Assembly: GCA_963817955.1 (NCBI GenBank)
Contig: CAWFQK010000001.1
Coordinates: forward strand, 495,117 to 559,116
Source of the DNA: an uncultured Gemmatimonadaceae bacterium
Lineage (GTDB): Bacteria; Gemmatimonadota; Gemmatimonadetes; Gemmatimonadales; Gemmatimonadaceae
DNA: 64,000 nt
Reading direction: 5' to 3'
Part shown: positions 1 through 11,258 of the stretch, one piece after another
How the letters are laid out: each line of letters begins with the position of its first letter
How positions within the stretch are numbered: the stretch's first letter is position 1
Position numbers and translations under genes: made by a program
Notes under the pieces: generated by a model
Database searches by the model: none
The model's input: the letters and a program-made list of their open reading frames with translations, nothing else
What the model was told of the DNA's origin: nothing

Positions 1-9
1 GGACGGCGC

Positions 10-750
10 GTGCGCAGTGATACCGCTAGGTCGATTTTCTCGGGTCCGGCTGCGAAGGGAGCACGTACGGCGCTCGTGGGTTTCAGTCTCCCTTACTGTC
101 GTCTGCGCCTTACCGGATTGGTGGATCAGTGCGAGGAGATTCCGTTGGAGGGCGGTGGGAAGGTGGACGTGCAGCGGGAGGGAGGCTTCTGGCGAGCCGT
201 TGCCAGGCAGTCACAGAGCCTGATGCCATTCAATGGGCGGCGCTCGCATATTGCTCGACTGCGCGAGGTAATCGAGAACGCCGCTGACCTTGCCGCCGAC
301 GCCTCCTACACGCTCGTTCTCCTGCATCTTCCCCTCCCGCATTCGCCGTGGATCTGGGACCGACGGACCAATCAGTTCCGGGTGACCATATCAGGAGACG
401 ATGGCTACCTCGGCAATCTCGCACTAGCGGATCGCGTGATCGGACGGATGCGTGACGAGATGACTCGGCGCGGAATATGGAACGCGACGACGCTGATCGT
501 GACGTCTGATCACCCGTGGCGCGCAAAACTCGTCCAAGGTAGGAGTACTGATCGCCGGATCCCGCTCATGATCAAGCTTCCCGGCATGAAGGAGAGTGAG
601 CACATCGAAACGCCGACGAATGCAATCGTGGTCTCGTGGCTCGTGCCAGCCCTGATCGACGGCCAGATTCCGGACGCCTCAGCGCTTCGCACTCGCGTGG
701 CGCAGATTACCGCGAGCGATTCGACATTTCAGATGAAGCATACGCCCTGA
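10..750 (+). CDS. Sulfatase/alkaline-phosphatase superfamily protein (C-terminal part; probably begins upstream of the window)
   Basis: Motifs LLHLPLPHSPW, YLGNLALADRVIG, TLIVTSDH and RIPLMIKLPG are typical of sulfatase/LTA-synthase-like domains. Confidence 0.6.
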   Translation: MRSDTARSIFSGPAAKGARTALVGFSLPYCRLRLTGLVDQCEEIPLEGGGKVDVQREGGFWRAVARQSQSLMPFNGRRSHIARLREVIENAADLAADASYTLVLLHLPLPHSPWIWDRRTNQFRVTISGDDGYLGNLALADRVIGRMRDEMTRRGIWNATTLIVTSDHPWRAKLVQGRSTDRRIPLMIKLPGMKESEHIETPTNAIVVSWLVPALIDGQIPDASALRTRVAQITASDSTFQMKHTP

Positions 751-859
751 TCGATCAGGCCGCGACTCGTGTCTAGAGTTCGGAAGGTCTCATCACGTTG
801 CGCGAACCCGAGATACTCCATGCGGCCCAGGAACCGTGCCTGCCGGTGACGCAAGTCGA

Positions 860-1462
860 CCATGGGTTGAACCAATCACCGCACGTACAGGTGAATCCGC
901 GCATTCAATGTGGAGATTGGCGCTCTCAATCTCCGCAACACTCGGCCCGCAGTAGATCGGGGCACTATGGCCAACACAAGGCGGCCTGGCATTCAAAGAG
1001 CTGCGTGCACGGGGCAAGTGGAACGCCGAGGCGACAAGCAGCACTCGCAGAGCGTCCCTCGCGAAGTTGGGCCTGAGAGTCGTCCGCGGAGGAGCGTTGC
1101 TACGGCCAGGGCCTACCCCGCTGTGTTCGTCACGCGCGGAATATCCACGATTCTGCCCGACAGGCAGTTCCATTGCCTTCGCGTACCCGGGAGAATGTCA
1201 TCTTCCGACGCGGGTTTGGCTCCCAGGGCGCCGCCCGCCGGTCAAGACCATCAAGGGTGATTTCACTGCTTTGAATAGCTCCACACCGCCGAAGAATCCA
1301 TCGGCGTCACTCCATTCGCTGAGTGCAGCTTGCCCGGAGAACCACTCGACCTTCACTCAGCACGACAATGGCCCCGGCTCCGGGGGCATATGGGGACGAT
1401 CGCTGTTGGACGCACCCGACGGGGAGTACGAGCACCGGGAGCATCTTGTGCAAGTATATCAC
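860..1462 (-). pseudogene. Decayed YdcF/DUF218 (ElyC/SanA) family gene
   Basis: Fragments in different minus frames: MIYLHKMLPVLVLPVG (GTG overlapping the upstream gene's stop), AGAIVVLSEGR, SEWSDADGFFGGVELFKA..PLMVLTGG, RVTNTAG*ALAVA, RVLLVASAFHLPRA. Several frameshifts and a stop; 3' end approximate. Confidence 0.75.
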
Positions 1463-2487
1463 TCAGCGGATGGCCTCCCAGCCCCTAGGCGCACCGCTAC
1501 CACTGCAAGAGGCGCATACGCGATCAGAACACCCAGAAAACCGTCCAACCAACCTAACGCGACTGTCAGCGCGACCGGCAAAAGCCAGCAGAGATTGATG
1601 ACACCGACCGTCACCGTCGCTGGCATATGGGAGCCTTGGCGCATGGCGGCGTGCTGGTAGGCGTGACTTCGGTGTGCCTCGTAGAATCGTTCACCGTGCG
1701 CCATCCGACGGATCAGAGTAACAGTCGCGTCGACGACGAACACGCCGAGCAGGATCACCCAGCTCCAGAACAGTCTGTTCGCCACCCATCCTGCCTGTAG
1801 AGAGAGTGCGGCAAGCATGAGCCCAAGGAATCCGCTGCCGGCATCACCCATGAAGATCTTCGCCGGAGGCCAATTCCAGACTAGAAAGCCTAGGGTCGCC
1901 GACGCGAGGACAAGAGGGGCGATCCACAAGTGCTTACCCGGCGCAGCTACTCCGCTCAGGAAGACCGCACTCAGGCAGACGGTGATAGCCTCGACGCCGG
2001 CAATGCCATCGATACCATCCATGAAATTCGTGAGGTTGAGCATCCAGACGAGATACAGTGCGGCGATCGCGAGTCCCAACCATCCCGAATCCAGCACGAA
2101 ACCCATCGCTGTCAGCCGGGGGACGCCGCCGAGCGTCGCAAGTACCCACGACGCTGCGGCGAAATGTCCGACGAGTCGCCATCGCGGCGCAACGTGTCCG
2201 CGATCATCCACGAACCCGATCAGCGCAACCAGAGCCCCTCCCCCACAGAGGCTCCACACGGTCGACCAAGCCAGCCGATCAATCCAGCCAAGCACCAGAA
2301 GCGCCATCAGCGTCGACACCACGATCGCCACGCCGCCGCCTCGCGGCGTGGCGATCGTATGCGAACTGCGAGAGTTGGGCACGTCGAGAAGCAGGTGTGT
2401 GAGAGCCTGCCGGCGAAACCACCCGGCGAGTTCCCAAGAGCCGAAGCAGACGGTGAATGTCAGGAGCGTTGGGAACAGCAGTCTCAT
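1459..2487 (-). CDS. wbpL: Undecaprenyl-phosphate HexNAc-1-phosphate transferase (Glycos_transf_4, WbpL/WecA-like initiating transferase)
   Basis: Multi-TM protein with PNSRSSH..TPRGGG, GFVDD, NFMDGIDG, KIFMGDAGS and AHRSHAYQH. Start placed at MRLLFP. Confidence 0.9.
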   Translation of the reverse strand: MRLLFPTLLTFTVCFGSWELAGWFRRQALTHLLLDVPNSRSSHTIATPRGGGVAIVVSTLMALLVLGWIDRLAWSTVWSLCGGGALVALIGFVDDRGHVAPRWRLVGHFAAASWVLATLGGVPRLTAMGFVLDSGWLGLAIAALYLVWMLNLTNFMDGIDGIAGVEAITVCLSAVFLSGVAAPGKHLWIAPLVLASATLGFLVWNWPPAKIFMGDAGSGFLGLMLAALSLQAGWVANRLFWSWVILLGVFVVDATVTLIRRMAHGERFYEAHRSHAYQHAAMRQGSHMPATVTVGVINLCWLLPVALTVALGWLDGFLGVLIAYAPLAVVAVRLGAGRPSAE

Positions 2488-2703
2488 CTCGGTATCTTGA
2501 TCGCTTAGAAGATGTTGCTGCGTACCTGAACATTCGGCGCGCATCCTTTGTCGGTGCCACTCATCGCGTTCGCAGTACTTCGGTGGCCATTTGGCCCGAA
2601 TACGCAACGCTCAAACCAAGCTTACTGGTTATCGCCTTGGCGACCGCCTACCCTTTGCTGGCGGCATCAATAATCGCTGCCGAACGTCGCGCGCCGGGGT
2701 TGT

Positions 2704-3696
2704 CTAACGGGCGAGAACATTTCCATAGGCAGCGGCGACTTGCTTCAAGCCTTGGTCGACCGTCAGCGGAGGCGTCCAGTTTAGCGTCGCCCGTGCCTTA
2801 GTAATGTCAAGCTGTAAGGATCCAATGAGTCGTTGCGCGATCGCCCGTTGCCCAGCGAGAATCGCCAGTGACATCACCAGATTTGCCGGGACAGGTATTA
2901 GTCGCGCGGGTCGATTCATTGCGCGGGCGAGACGGCGTATTAGATCAGCGGTGGAGATGTCTTCACCGTCGCTGACGAGGAAGGTTTCGTTGGCGGCAGC
3001 CGGAATCTCGATACATGTAACGATGAAATCGACCAGGTTTTCGAGTGCGATCAAACTTCGGCGGTTGTTGATCGCCCCAAACGGAAGAGGGAATCCCAGA
3101 GCAACAGTTCTAATCAACGCGTCAAAGTTCGCCTTGACCCCCGGACCATATACCAATGGCGGGCGAATAATCACGACTTCCATACCTGATTCAGCGGCAA
3201 TTTGCCGCAAGCCTATCTCCGCTTCGTGTTTGCTGATTCCATAGGGATCCCTCGGGCAAGGCTGATCGAGTTCGCTGAAACGTCCCGATTCGCCGTTCAC
3301 CTTCACCGAGCTCACAAAAACGAAACGGGTTACCCCATGCTGCGCCGCTTGGCGAGCGAAGCTCAGCGTGCCTGCCGCATTGACTCTTCTAAACTCGGTG
3401 AGCGGGTCGCCGCTCGAGTCCCGCATCACATGCACGCGGGCCGCTAGATGCACCACGACATCGACAGCTTGGAGCGCCGCGCCCCAGTCCGTATCCGCTG
3501 CCAATCCGCTCACGACGACTCGTTCCGCCTGGAACGGCAGCTCCCGACCCTTATCTCGCACGGCCCCTCTCACTGGGTACCGGCCATCGTTGGTTAGTCG
3601 ACGGATCAACGCAGTTCCGACAAAACCATTAGCACCAGTCACTAGCACGGTCGACGCTGTCTGCCCCGAAGCTGCCGGCTTCGAGATACTAGCCAC
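2704..3696 (-). CDS. NAD-dependent epimerase/dehydratase (WbpV/WbpK-like extended SDR)
   Basis: [43 protein letters not shown]. Confidence 0.88.
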   Translation of the reverse strand: MASISKPAASGQTASTVLVTGANGFVGTALIRRLTNDGRYPVRGAVRDKGRELPFQAERVVVSGLAADTDWGAALQAVDVVVHLAARVHVMRDSSGDPLTEFRRVNAAGTLSFARQAAQHGVTRFVFVSSVKVNGESGRFSELDQPCPRDPYGISKHEAEIGLRQIAAESGMEVVIIRPPLVYGPGVKANFDALIRTVALGFPLPFGAINNRRSLIALENLVDFIVTCIEIPAAANETFLVSDGEDISTADLIRRLARAMNRPARLIPVPANLVMSLAILAGQRAIAQRLIGSLQLDITKARATLNWTPPLTVDQGLKQVAAAYGNVLAR

Positions 3697-4813
3697 AATG
3701 CCAGACTCGCCGATTCACGAAGTCTGTGTAGCTCAGAATAATTCGTAGCACCTTTTCCGACACGTTGTCCGGCGCGTAATCACGAACCATGTCGAGGATC
3801 CGGTCTTCGCCACGCGTTTGGGTTCCCAAAACTTCGAGCGCGTTGATCACGCGGTCCACGTCCAGGCCGACGAGCATGACGGCTGCTTCCTCGAATCCTT
3901 CTGGTCGCTCGTGAACTTCGCGGAGGTTCAACGCGGGAAAGTTGAGGATTGAAGACTCTTCCGTGATCGTTCCACTGTCGGACAGCACGGCCCGGGCCCC
4001 GATCTGAAGCTTGATATAATCGAGAAATCCGAACGGCTCGTGGAATTGCACATTGGAGTGCGCCGTCAGCCCCAGCGCGTCAATACGCTTCCGCGTTCGC
4101 GGGTGAGTGGAGACTACGACGGTCTCATCGTAACGCGCCGCAAGGCTATTTAGAATATCGAACAACCGCGCGAGGTTTCGGGGAGAGTCGACGTTTTCCT
4201 CTCGGTGCGCGCTCACAACAAAATATTGTCGCTCTCTCAGGCCTAACCGCGACAGCACGTCGGAACCCTCGATGCCAGGCCAATAGTGCTCGAGGACCTC
4301 TCGCATCGGGCTTCCGATCTTGATCACCTGGTCAGGTGGCAGCCCCTCCCGCAACAGATATGATCGGGCAATCTCGCTGTACGGAAGGTTGATGTCGGAG
4401 ACGTGATCGACAATCCGGCGATTGGTCTCCTCGGGCACCTGAAAATCGAAGCACCGGTTGCCGGCTTCCATATGGAAGATGGGAACTTTTCGCCGCTTTG
4501 CCGCAATCGCGGCGAGGCAGCTGTTTGTATCGCCGAGCAGCAGCAGAGCCTCCGGCTTGTACTGCTCGATGGCCCTGTCCGTCGCGATGATAACCTGCCC
4601 GATCGTTTCTGCCGCAGTTTCACCAGCAGCCCCCATGAAATGATCGGGCGTTCGTATCTCGAGGTTCTCGAAGAACACCTCGTTGAGGCCGTAATCGTAG
4701 TTCTGCCCCGTATGCACCAGCACGTGATCACAGTGGCGATCCAACTTGTCGATGACGCGCGACAGCCGTATGATCTCGGGGCGGGTGCCGACGACCGTCA
4801 TGACTTTAAGCAC
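3689..4813 (-). CDS. fnlC: UDP-2-acetamido-2,6-dideoxy-L-hexose 2-epimerase (FnlC/WbjD/QnlB-like)
   Basis: [39 protein letters not shown]; adjacent to fnlA. Confidence 0.88.
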   Translation of the reverse strand: MLKVMTVVGTRPEIIRLSRVIDKLDRHCDHVLVHTGQNYDYGLNEVFFENLEIRTPDHFMGAAGETAAETIGQVIIATDRAIEQYKPEALLLLGDTNSCLAAIAAKRRKVPIFHMEAGNRCFDFQVPEETNRRIVDHVSDINLPYSEIARSYLLREGLPPDQVIKIGSPMREVLEHYWPGIEGSDVLSRLGLRERQYFVVSAHREENVDSPRNLARLFDILNSLAARYDETVVVSTHPRTRKRIDALGLTAHSNVQFHEPFGFLDYIKLQIGARAVLSDSGTITEESSILNFPALNLREVHERPEGFEEAAVMLVGLDVDRVINALEVLGTQTRGEDRILDMVRDYAPDNVSEKVLRIILSYTDFVNRRVWHCG

Positions 4814-5840
4814 CGACGGCCTCCTGGACCATCGGCAGCTGCATCAACACTTTCTTGACCTGTTCGACCTCGAGTCGCCTGGTGTTGTGCGAGGTGTAGT
4901 CGTCAATTCTCGAGATAGCGGTTTCTCCTTCGACAAAATACTTGTCGTAGTTCAGACTGCGCGAGTCCGCCGGGATCCGATAGTAGCCCCCCAGGTCTTC
5001 GGCGCGCGCCATCTCCTCGCGAGAGACAAGTGACTCGTACAGTTTTTCTCCGTGACGCGTCCCGATGACTCGGATCTCATTCTTCTTACGCATCAGCTCC
5101 TTGAGCGCCTGCGCCAGATCACCGATGGTCGATGCGGGTGCCTTCTGGACGAAGATGTCGCCAGGCCTGGCGTGCTCGAACGCGTACAGGACCAGATCCA
5201 CGGATTCGTCGAGTGACATGAGAAACCTCGTCATACTCGGATCGGTGAGCGTCATCGGTCTCCCCTCCTTCAGCTGATCGATGAACAGCGGGATCACCGA
5301 TCCCCGTGACGCCATGACGTTCCCGTATCTGGTGGCGCACAGGACGGTCTTCTCCGGATTGCACAGGCGCGATTTGGCGACCATCACCTTCTCCATCATC
5401 GCCTTGGACATGCCCATCGCATTGATCGGATAGACAGCCTTATCCGTGCTGAGCACAACGCACCGTCGGACGCCATTGGCGATGGCGGCTCGCATCACGT
5501 TTTCGGCGCCAATCACGTTCGTGCGCATCGCCTCCATCGGATAGAACTCGCACGAGGGTACTTGTTTCAGAGCGGCGGCGTGAAAGACGTACTCCACGTC
5601 CAGCATGGCATCGTGGACGCTGTCGTACTCGCGTACGTCGCCGATGTAGAACTTCACTTTGTCGCTCTGCAGAGCGAGGCGCATATCCTCCTGCTTCTTC
5701 TCGTCTCGGCTGAAGACGCGAATTTCCGCGAAATCGGAATGCAGGAGTCGACGCAGCACCGCATTGCCAAACGAGCCGGTGCCTCCGGTAATCAGCAGAG
5801 TTTTGTCTTTGAACGACGAGGGATTGCCGTGTAATCTCAT
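4806..5840 (-). CDS. fnlA: UDP-GlcNAc 4,6-dehydratase/5-epimerase (FnlA/WbjB/CapE)
   Basis: [67 protein letters not shown]. Confidence 0.93.
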   Translation of the reverse strand: MRLHGNPSSFKDKTLLITGGTGSFGNAVLRRLLHSDFAEIRVFSRDEKKQEDMRLALQSDKVKFYIGDVREYDSVHDAMLDVEYVFHAAALKQVPSCEFYPMEAMRTNVIGAENVMRAAIANGVRRCVVLSTDKAVYPINAMGMSKAMMEKVMVAKSRLCNPEKTVLCATRYGNVMASRGSVIPLFIDQLKEGRPMTLTDPSMTRFLMSLDESVDLVLYAFEHARPGDIFVQKAPASTIGDLAQALKELMRKKNEIRVIGTRHGEKLYESLVSREEMARAEDLGGYYRIPADSRSLNYDKYFVEGETAISRIDDYTSHNTRRLEVEQVKKVLMQLPMVQEAVGA

Positions 5841-5914
5841 TGATTGTTCACGCCTGGTTCGCAACGCTTAGGGGGAATCTGGCCGACGTCCGGATCGCGG
5901 TCCGCGGCCGCTGG

Positions 5915-6808
5915 CTAGCCAAAGTCTCGCATCGCCCGAATCGAGTCGGACCAGGCTAGTGGGACGTAGCCCGTAAGTTGGCGGAACCGTGTCGAGTCCA
6001 ACGAACGATTGATGACCACGTGGTCGTTCGGAGCGATCTCGATCGATTTGCCGTAGACCTGAGCGAGCAGCCCAAGTAGGTCAAACTTGGTAATAGGATC
6101 TGAAGAAACGTGGTACAACCCGTTCATCTCTGGCCTCGGGATGATGAAATCCCGGATTACACGCGCCAGCTCAACGGTCGGCAAGCCCGAAAAGACTGCG
6201 CGCGTGAATCCTTGGACTGTCTCTCTCTGACCGAGAAACCAGCCAACCAGTCCATGTGCGGTGTTGAGCTCATGTCCGATGATAGACGTACGAATGGTCA
6301 CGGTATGCGGGTAGGCAACCTCTCCGAGAAACTTGCTCCTTCCATACAGATCTTTCGCGTCGGAATCGTCACTTTCGCGATACATCCCTCCTCGTCCTGA
6401 AAACACGCAGTCCGTACTGATATGGACGAGGCGCGCTCCGCCAACTTCGCAAAGACGGGCTAAACGGTGGGGCAGAAGCGCGTTGATTGGAATTGCCGCG
6501 AGCGGATCGTCGGCTTCGGCGAGTTGCTTCACAAGTCCGATAGCGTTGACCACGACGTCGGGCTGGACTTGAGCTAACACCTTTGTCAGACTGTCGAAAT
6601 TATCCACGTCCACAAAGGGCACAACGTTCTTGCGAAGTTCGTGTGGGAGATATTCCAAGGCGGAAGCAGATCGCACAGTGCCCATGACGGATATCCCCTC
6701 GCTCGCGGCAAAGAAGCGCAGAAGTGCATTGCCGAGCATACCACTCGCGCCAAGCACCAGGACCGAAGGCATGGAGGGGGAATCATTGTTCTGTTTTTTC
6801 ATGGCCAC
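5915..6808 (-). CDS. RmlD-like SDR reductase (probable QnlA/WbvR-type UDP-4-keto-6-deoxy-HexNAc reductase)
   Basis: GASGMLG, HISTDCVFSG, YGRSK, RTSIIGHEL; about 295 aa with no cupin extension. Confidence 0.82.
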   Translation of the reverse strand: MAMKKQNNDSPSMPSVLVLGASGMLGNALLRFFAASEGISVMGTVRSASALEYLPHELRKNVVPFVDVDNFDSLTKVLAQVQPDVVVNAIGLVKQLAEADDPLAAIPINALLPHRLARLCEVGGARLVHISTDCVFSGRGGMYRESDDSDAKDLYGRSKFLGEVAYPHTVTIRTSIIGHELNTAHGLVGWFLGQRETVQGFTRAVFSGLPTVELARVIRDFIIPRPEMNGLYHVSSDPITKFDLLGLLAQVYGKSIEIAPNDHVVINRSLDSTRFRQLTGYVPLAWSDSIRAMRDFG

Positions 6809-6817
6809 CTTGAGGCG

Positions 6818-8035
6818 TTACTCCGCTACGAGATCTTGGAAGCGCTCGACAAGCTGTCGCGCAAGGATGTCTGGAGCAAAATGTCTTTGGTAGAAACTGC
6901 GGCCTGCTTCGCCCATCCGAGCCCGCTCCTCGTCAGAGGCCGTCCATAATTTCATCACGGCTTCGGCCAATGCGACCGCGTCTTCCGCTGGAACGGCGAG
7001 TCCCGCCTCAGCTTGCAATATGACTTCCGCACCCTCGCCGTCTAAGGCGGCAATGATTGGACGCCCTGCCGCGAGGTAGGCCTGCACCTTCGCGGGAATG
7101 GTTTGGCTCATGGTCGGGCTCCGTTTGAGACTGACCAACAGCGCCGAAGCCTGAGCCAGGATCGGCGGCATTTCCTCCGCTGCATATCGTCCCGGCAGTT
7201 GAATGTTCGTCAACCCACGCCGCGATGCCTCAGCGTTCAGCCACGCACTCCGGCTCCCGCTCCCGACCAACACAAACCGGATCTCCGGCTTGTTGCGGAG
7301 CAATTCCGCAGAATCGAGCACCATCTCGAGTGCCTGCACGCTGCCCAGGTTTCCGGCGAACACAACATTGAATCCCGCGTCTAGCTGCAACGTCGGCTCG
7401 CCTGAGCCACTCGGCAAGCCAAAGCTCCCTTCGCCAGGGTTCGGGAAATACTCAACAGGCACCTCGCCAGCCAACTCGCGAATCGACTTCACGAATGACC
7501 TAGACTGCCCAAGGAGCAGATCGTTTCTGTGGTAGATCCATCGAACCAACGACCTGACCACGCGCAGAACGGTTGAATTCCGAATGAAGCCAGTCGACTC
7601 CAGGCTTTGCGGCCAGAGATCCTGAACCCAAGTCACCAGTCGCGCCTTCTTCAATCGGGCTATGAAAATCGCTGGTAGAGCCTGAAGGATCGGAGAAGGC
7701 GCGTACACGAGCACGACATCGAACCGCTTTCCGCGAAGCAGCCATGGCCCAAACATCGCCGCCGCGATGGCGAATGAGGCATAGTTCGCGATCAGCCGCA
7801 TCGCCGACGCGTTCCCTCGGGGAACGAGGGGCACGCGATAGATCGTGAACCCCTCTCCATGAAGCTGCTCGCGAATCGATAGAGCGGAATAGCCGCGAAA
7901 GATGACCCCTTCGGGGTAATTCGGCTGGCCGGTCAGAATCGTGACGGTACAACCGGCGGCACGGAGCGACCTCACGAGTTCCGTGATGCGGAACGCTTCC
8001 GGCCAGAAATACTGGGTGACGATCAGTATCCTCAT
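6818..8035 (-). CDS. GT4 glycosyltransferase (WbuB/WbjE-like)
   Basis: MRILIVTQYFWPE, TGQPNYP, WVQDLWP, FAGNLG, IPAKVQAYLAAGRPII. Confidence 0.88.
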   Translation of the reverse strand: MRILIVTQYFWPEAFRITELVRSLRAAGCTVTILTGQPNYPEGVIFRGYSALSIREQLHGEGFTIYRVPLVPRGNASAMRLIANYASFAIAAAMFGPWLLRGKRFDVVLVYAPSPILQALPAIFIARLKKARLVTWVQDLWPQSLESTGFIRNSTVLRVVRSLVRWIYHRNDLLLGQSRSFVKSIRELAGEVPVEYFPNPGEGSFGLPSGSGEPTLQLDAGFNVVFAGNLGSVQALEMVLDSAELLRNKPEIRFVLVGSGSRSAWLNAEASRRGLTNIQLPGRYAAEEMPPILAQASALLVSLKRSPTMSQTIPAKVQAYLAAGRPIIAALDGEGAEVILQAEAGLAVPAEDAVALAEAVMKLWTASDEERARMGEAGRSFYQRHFAPDILARQLVERFQDLVAE

Positions 8036-8119
8036 GGAGCGCTCGGTCCCCTGGCGGTCGACGCCGACGTCAGCGACCAGTCGCCGAAAGCCTGAAGCAC
8101 TGTCTTTCACGCCGCCTCG

Positions 8120-9292
8120 TCAGCTCGAACCGATGACGTCCAGGAACAACCGACGATTTGCTTCCGACACCGCGGGGTCCGCCGATCGCCGGTTCGCGTA
8201 ATCATGGACCCGTTCCCGCCAGGCACGGTACTTGGGTCCGTCAACCGTGTATGCCTTCTCGATCGCTAAGACAAAAGCATCCGTATCCTTCAGCGGCAGA
8301 TCCCACCCGACGCCGACTGCTTCGAGACCCCGCCAGGGCGTCGTGTCGGCAATCAGGACCGGAGTACCCGCTCGCATGGATTCGAGAATCACGTGACCAA
8401 AATTCTCTCCCCTGGTGGGAAACAAAAAGAGATCGTGGGCTCGAAAAGCTTCGTCGACTCGTCCGTGTTCCAAAGTCCCTTGGTAGCGTGCCGACACCCG
8501 CTCTGGAAGTTCTCTCATCACAGTCTGACAGCCTGCCCAGTATGCACCGTCTTCACGAGGGCCGTAGATGTCGAAGACGACGGGACACCGGACCCTGGCG
8601 AGAATTTGCAAGGCAAAATCCAAATTCTTTTTGGGAGAGATTCGTGAGATGAAACAGATCCTGAGCGGATCGCCTTTCCGTCTCGTCACTTCGCCGTTTG
8701 GCAATGCCAGAGTCGGCCGAGCCGGCAAGTCAGGCGCAACGACGATTTCATCCATTCGCACGCCAATGAATCGCTGAATATCGGCAGATTCATGCTCACT
8801 AGAAGCTTGCCATGTAAGCTGGCGGTGAAACCCGGCGACTCTGCTGAGAGTGCGATACGCCACCTTCTTTGGCGCCTTCAGGGATAGAGCGCCTTCGGAG
8901 AACTCCCCCCGGGGCGCCAGAACCGACGGTCGCGACTGGAAGGATCGCAGCCGCCGCGCTACGAGCGGACGTGCGGAGAACACGGGGTCAAAATAGCTGT
9001 TGAGGTACAGGACGTCGTGCAGCGTAGCCCGAATCACACTTGCCAGCCCAAAAAGGGATTGCATGCGTGGGGAGGCGTAGAAGACACGGGATCCGCCTAC
9101 GTCATTCCACCTGTCAACTTTAACATTCGAAAAGGGCCGATCGTCCCCAAGATCGCGGTCGGACGTAATGATCTTGAAATCCAACTCATCGCCCAGTTGA
9201 TCGGCCATGTTGGCGATGGTCCGCAGAGGACCACCAGCCTTGTAGCCGGGGAGATAGTATCTGAGGAGAACGAGTACTGTTGGCCTTGTCAT
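8120..9292 (-). CDS. GT4 glycosyltransferase
   Basis: YLPGYKAGGPLRT, SRISPKKNL, PTRGENFGHVILES (EX7E). Start placed at MTRPTVL. Confidence 0.87.
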   Translation of the reverse strand: MTRPTVLVLLRYYLPGYKAGGPLRTIANMADQLGDELDFKIITSDRDLGDDRPFSNVKVDRWNDVGGSRVFYASPRMQSLFGLASVIRATLHDVLYLNSYFDPVFSARPLVARRLRSFQSRPSVLAPRGEFSEGALSLKAPKKVAYRTLSRVAGFHRQLTWQASSEHESADIQRFIGVRMDEIVVAPDLPARPTLALPNGEVTRRKGDPLRICFISRISPKKNLDFALQILARVRCPVVFDIYGPREDGAYWAGCQTVMRELPERVSARYQGTLEHGRVDEAFRAHDLFLFPTRGENFGHVILESMRAGTPVLIADTTPWRGLEAVGVGWDLPLKDTDAFVLAIEKAYTVDGPKYRAWRERVHDYANRRSADPAVSEANRRLFLDVIGSS

Positions 9293-9512
9293 GACGCAAC
9301 GTTTGGTTCGATCCGGCGAATGCTTCGAGGCCGCCGTCTTACTCGTGAAATGGGATACACCGCGGGCGCGCTGGAGTTGACCGCACGGATCCGCAACCGG
9401 TCGACTGCGGCTGTAGCTGTGGGAGGCGCTGGAGACTGTAGTGGCTGGAACGTCGTGCGGCTGACCGGCCATTGTTCGCGCAAGCTCCACCAATCCCATC
9501 GGCACGCGATGC

Positions 9513-9857
9513 TCAGCAAGGGTCCGGCGCAATCGAACATGGCGCATGCGACATTACCTTCGGCGTTGTTGTAAGCACCGAGGAGAAAAGCCGCTCCCGC
9601 GCTCCGATTCTCCCATGTGCGGCATGAAAAACCGGCGTCGCCATGTATGGGACCAGCACGCGGTAGCGCCCATGGCCCCTCGCCGCGGCCGGCGAGTGCT
9701 CCACGATGCTGTAGTACTGAGCCGAGTCGACGTTCCCGGTCTTGCGCGCGTCGTAACGGTTGAGCGTCGGGTATCCGAGCCCATGGCAGATCGCAAAAAG
9801 AATCAGCCAGAACACTGACCGACTAACCAGTGAGCTCGAAACCCGAGGTTGTATCAT
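9513..9857 (-). pseudogene. Truncated membrane-protein remnant
   Basis: Protein-like N-terminus WLILFAICHGLGYPTLNRYD..YRVLVPYMA that degenerates after about 80 aa. Confidence 0.45.
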
Positions 9858-11119
9858 GCAGTCCGATCGGCAGGAGTCAACAATCGTACCGTCGCTGCGA
9901 GTCGCTTCGGCCAATCCGAGCGCATGCAGGGCTTCTCAACGAGATAGAAATATACGGCACACGCCGCGATTAGAATCGGCGTGATCAGCAGAAATTGCCA
10001 AACGAACCCGGTGTCAAAGTCGTTTGTTACCCGCAGCTTGATGGTGTGGCGACCGACAAACGAGATGATCGGATAGTGAAGTAGGTAGATGGTATAGCAC
10101 ATACCGCCGATCGTCGTGATCCAGCGATTCGAGAACAGTTTCCGAGACCACACGCCGCGGAAGGTGGCACAGTAGAGTGCGAACGTGATCGGCGGAAAGA
10201 GCCACCGCGAGACGTCGGGATAGTGCCACAGCACAGGCAGCAAAGGCCAGCCAAGGCATGAAACCAGGTCCCATGCTGGGATTTGCGTCGGCTCGGAACG
10301 CCATTCCGAAAGATAGACGTCGGCCAGAAGGAAGCCGAATAAGAAGAACTGCAGATAGTTGAGGATGGAGATTGAGAGACGAGCGTCGGCGGCTGGAATG
10401 GCGATCCACTGGAAGACCATCGCCGCGACGATCAGGCCTACGGTGGCCAGCCGTCTCGGTACTTTGTTCCGGATGGCAAAGAGCTGCGCCAGCAGAGGGA
10501 CAAGGATGTAGAACTGAATCTCCACCTCCAGCGACCAGGCGACGCTGTTGATCAGGCTCCCGGTACCGTAAATGACGTTGTGGAGATATATGAGACTGGC
10601 CGCGAGGTGTGGAAGCAGCGCCGAAGCGCTCTGGCCAACGTAGACGACAGACATCACGAAAAAGAGCAACATGCTCAATGCGTATGGCGGCTCGAGCCGT
10701 GTTAAGCGCCGAAGGAAATACGCGCGCAACGATACGGTTTTCGAGCCGCGCAGGTGGTGCGACGCGAACGGCAGGGCGAGCACGAACCCGCTTATGACGA
10801 AGAAAAGCTGCACGCCATAGTTTCCCTGCTCCAGCACGCGCGCTGCCAAGCTGAGCGATGGATCTGCAGCATAGGGCAGACCATTGACTAAGAGATAGCC
10901 TCGCAAGTGGAAGAGGTACACCATCAGAATCGCGACAAACCGCAGGCCGTCGATCTCGGGTACGAATCTTCCCGAGGAGGTGACGCGCCGAAATCGCTCA
11001 AGGCCGAAGTGCGACGCGCCAGGGGACTCAACAAACCCACTCGCTTCCGCGTTGGCGGGCACGTCGGCAACTCGTGGCGACGCGTCACCGAGGAGCGAAT
11101 GGTTCGCACAGTGTATCAT
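9854..11119 (-). CDS. Acyltransferase-3 family (polysaccharide O-acyltransferase)
   Basis: EIDGLRFVAI, GVQLFFVISGF, RRLTRLEPPY, WSLEVEIQFY, YTIYLLHYP, YLVEKP. Start uncertain. Confidence 0.88.
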   Translation of the reverse strand: MIHCANHSLLGDASPRVADVPANAEASGFVESPGASHFGLERFRRVTSSGRFVPEIDGLRFVAILMVYLFHLRGYLLVNGLPYAADPSLSLAARVLEQGNYGVQLFFVISGFVLALPFASHHLRGSKTVSLRAYFLRRLTRLEPPYALSMLLFFVMSVVYVGQSASALLPHLAASLIYLHNVIYGTGSLINSVAWSLEVEIQFYILVPLLAQLFAIRNKVPRRLATVGLIVAAMVFQWIAIPAADARLSISILNYLQFFLFGFLLADVYLSEWRSEPTQIPAWDLVSCLGWPLLPVLWHYPDVSRWLFPPITFALYCATFRGVWSRKLFSNRWITTIGGMCYTIYLLHYPIISFVGRHTIKLRVTNDFDTGFVWQFLLITPILIAACAVYFYLVEKPCMRSDWPKRLAATVRLLTPADRTA

Positions 11120-11258
11120 CGGGCTAGCTCGCCCCCTCGGGAATGACATTCTGCATCGTCGGTGCGTACCGGTACCAAAATGGGAAGAGTCTCTACCTTT
11201 CCCGTTGTGCGCGCTTCGTAACGGGTTGAGGATGCAATCGCTTGCTGGCCGGCCGGGA

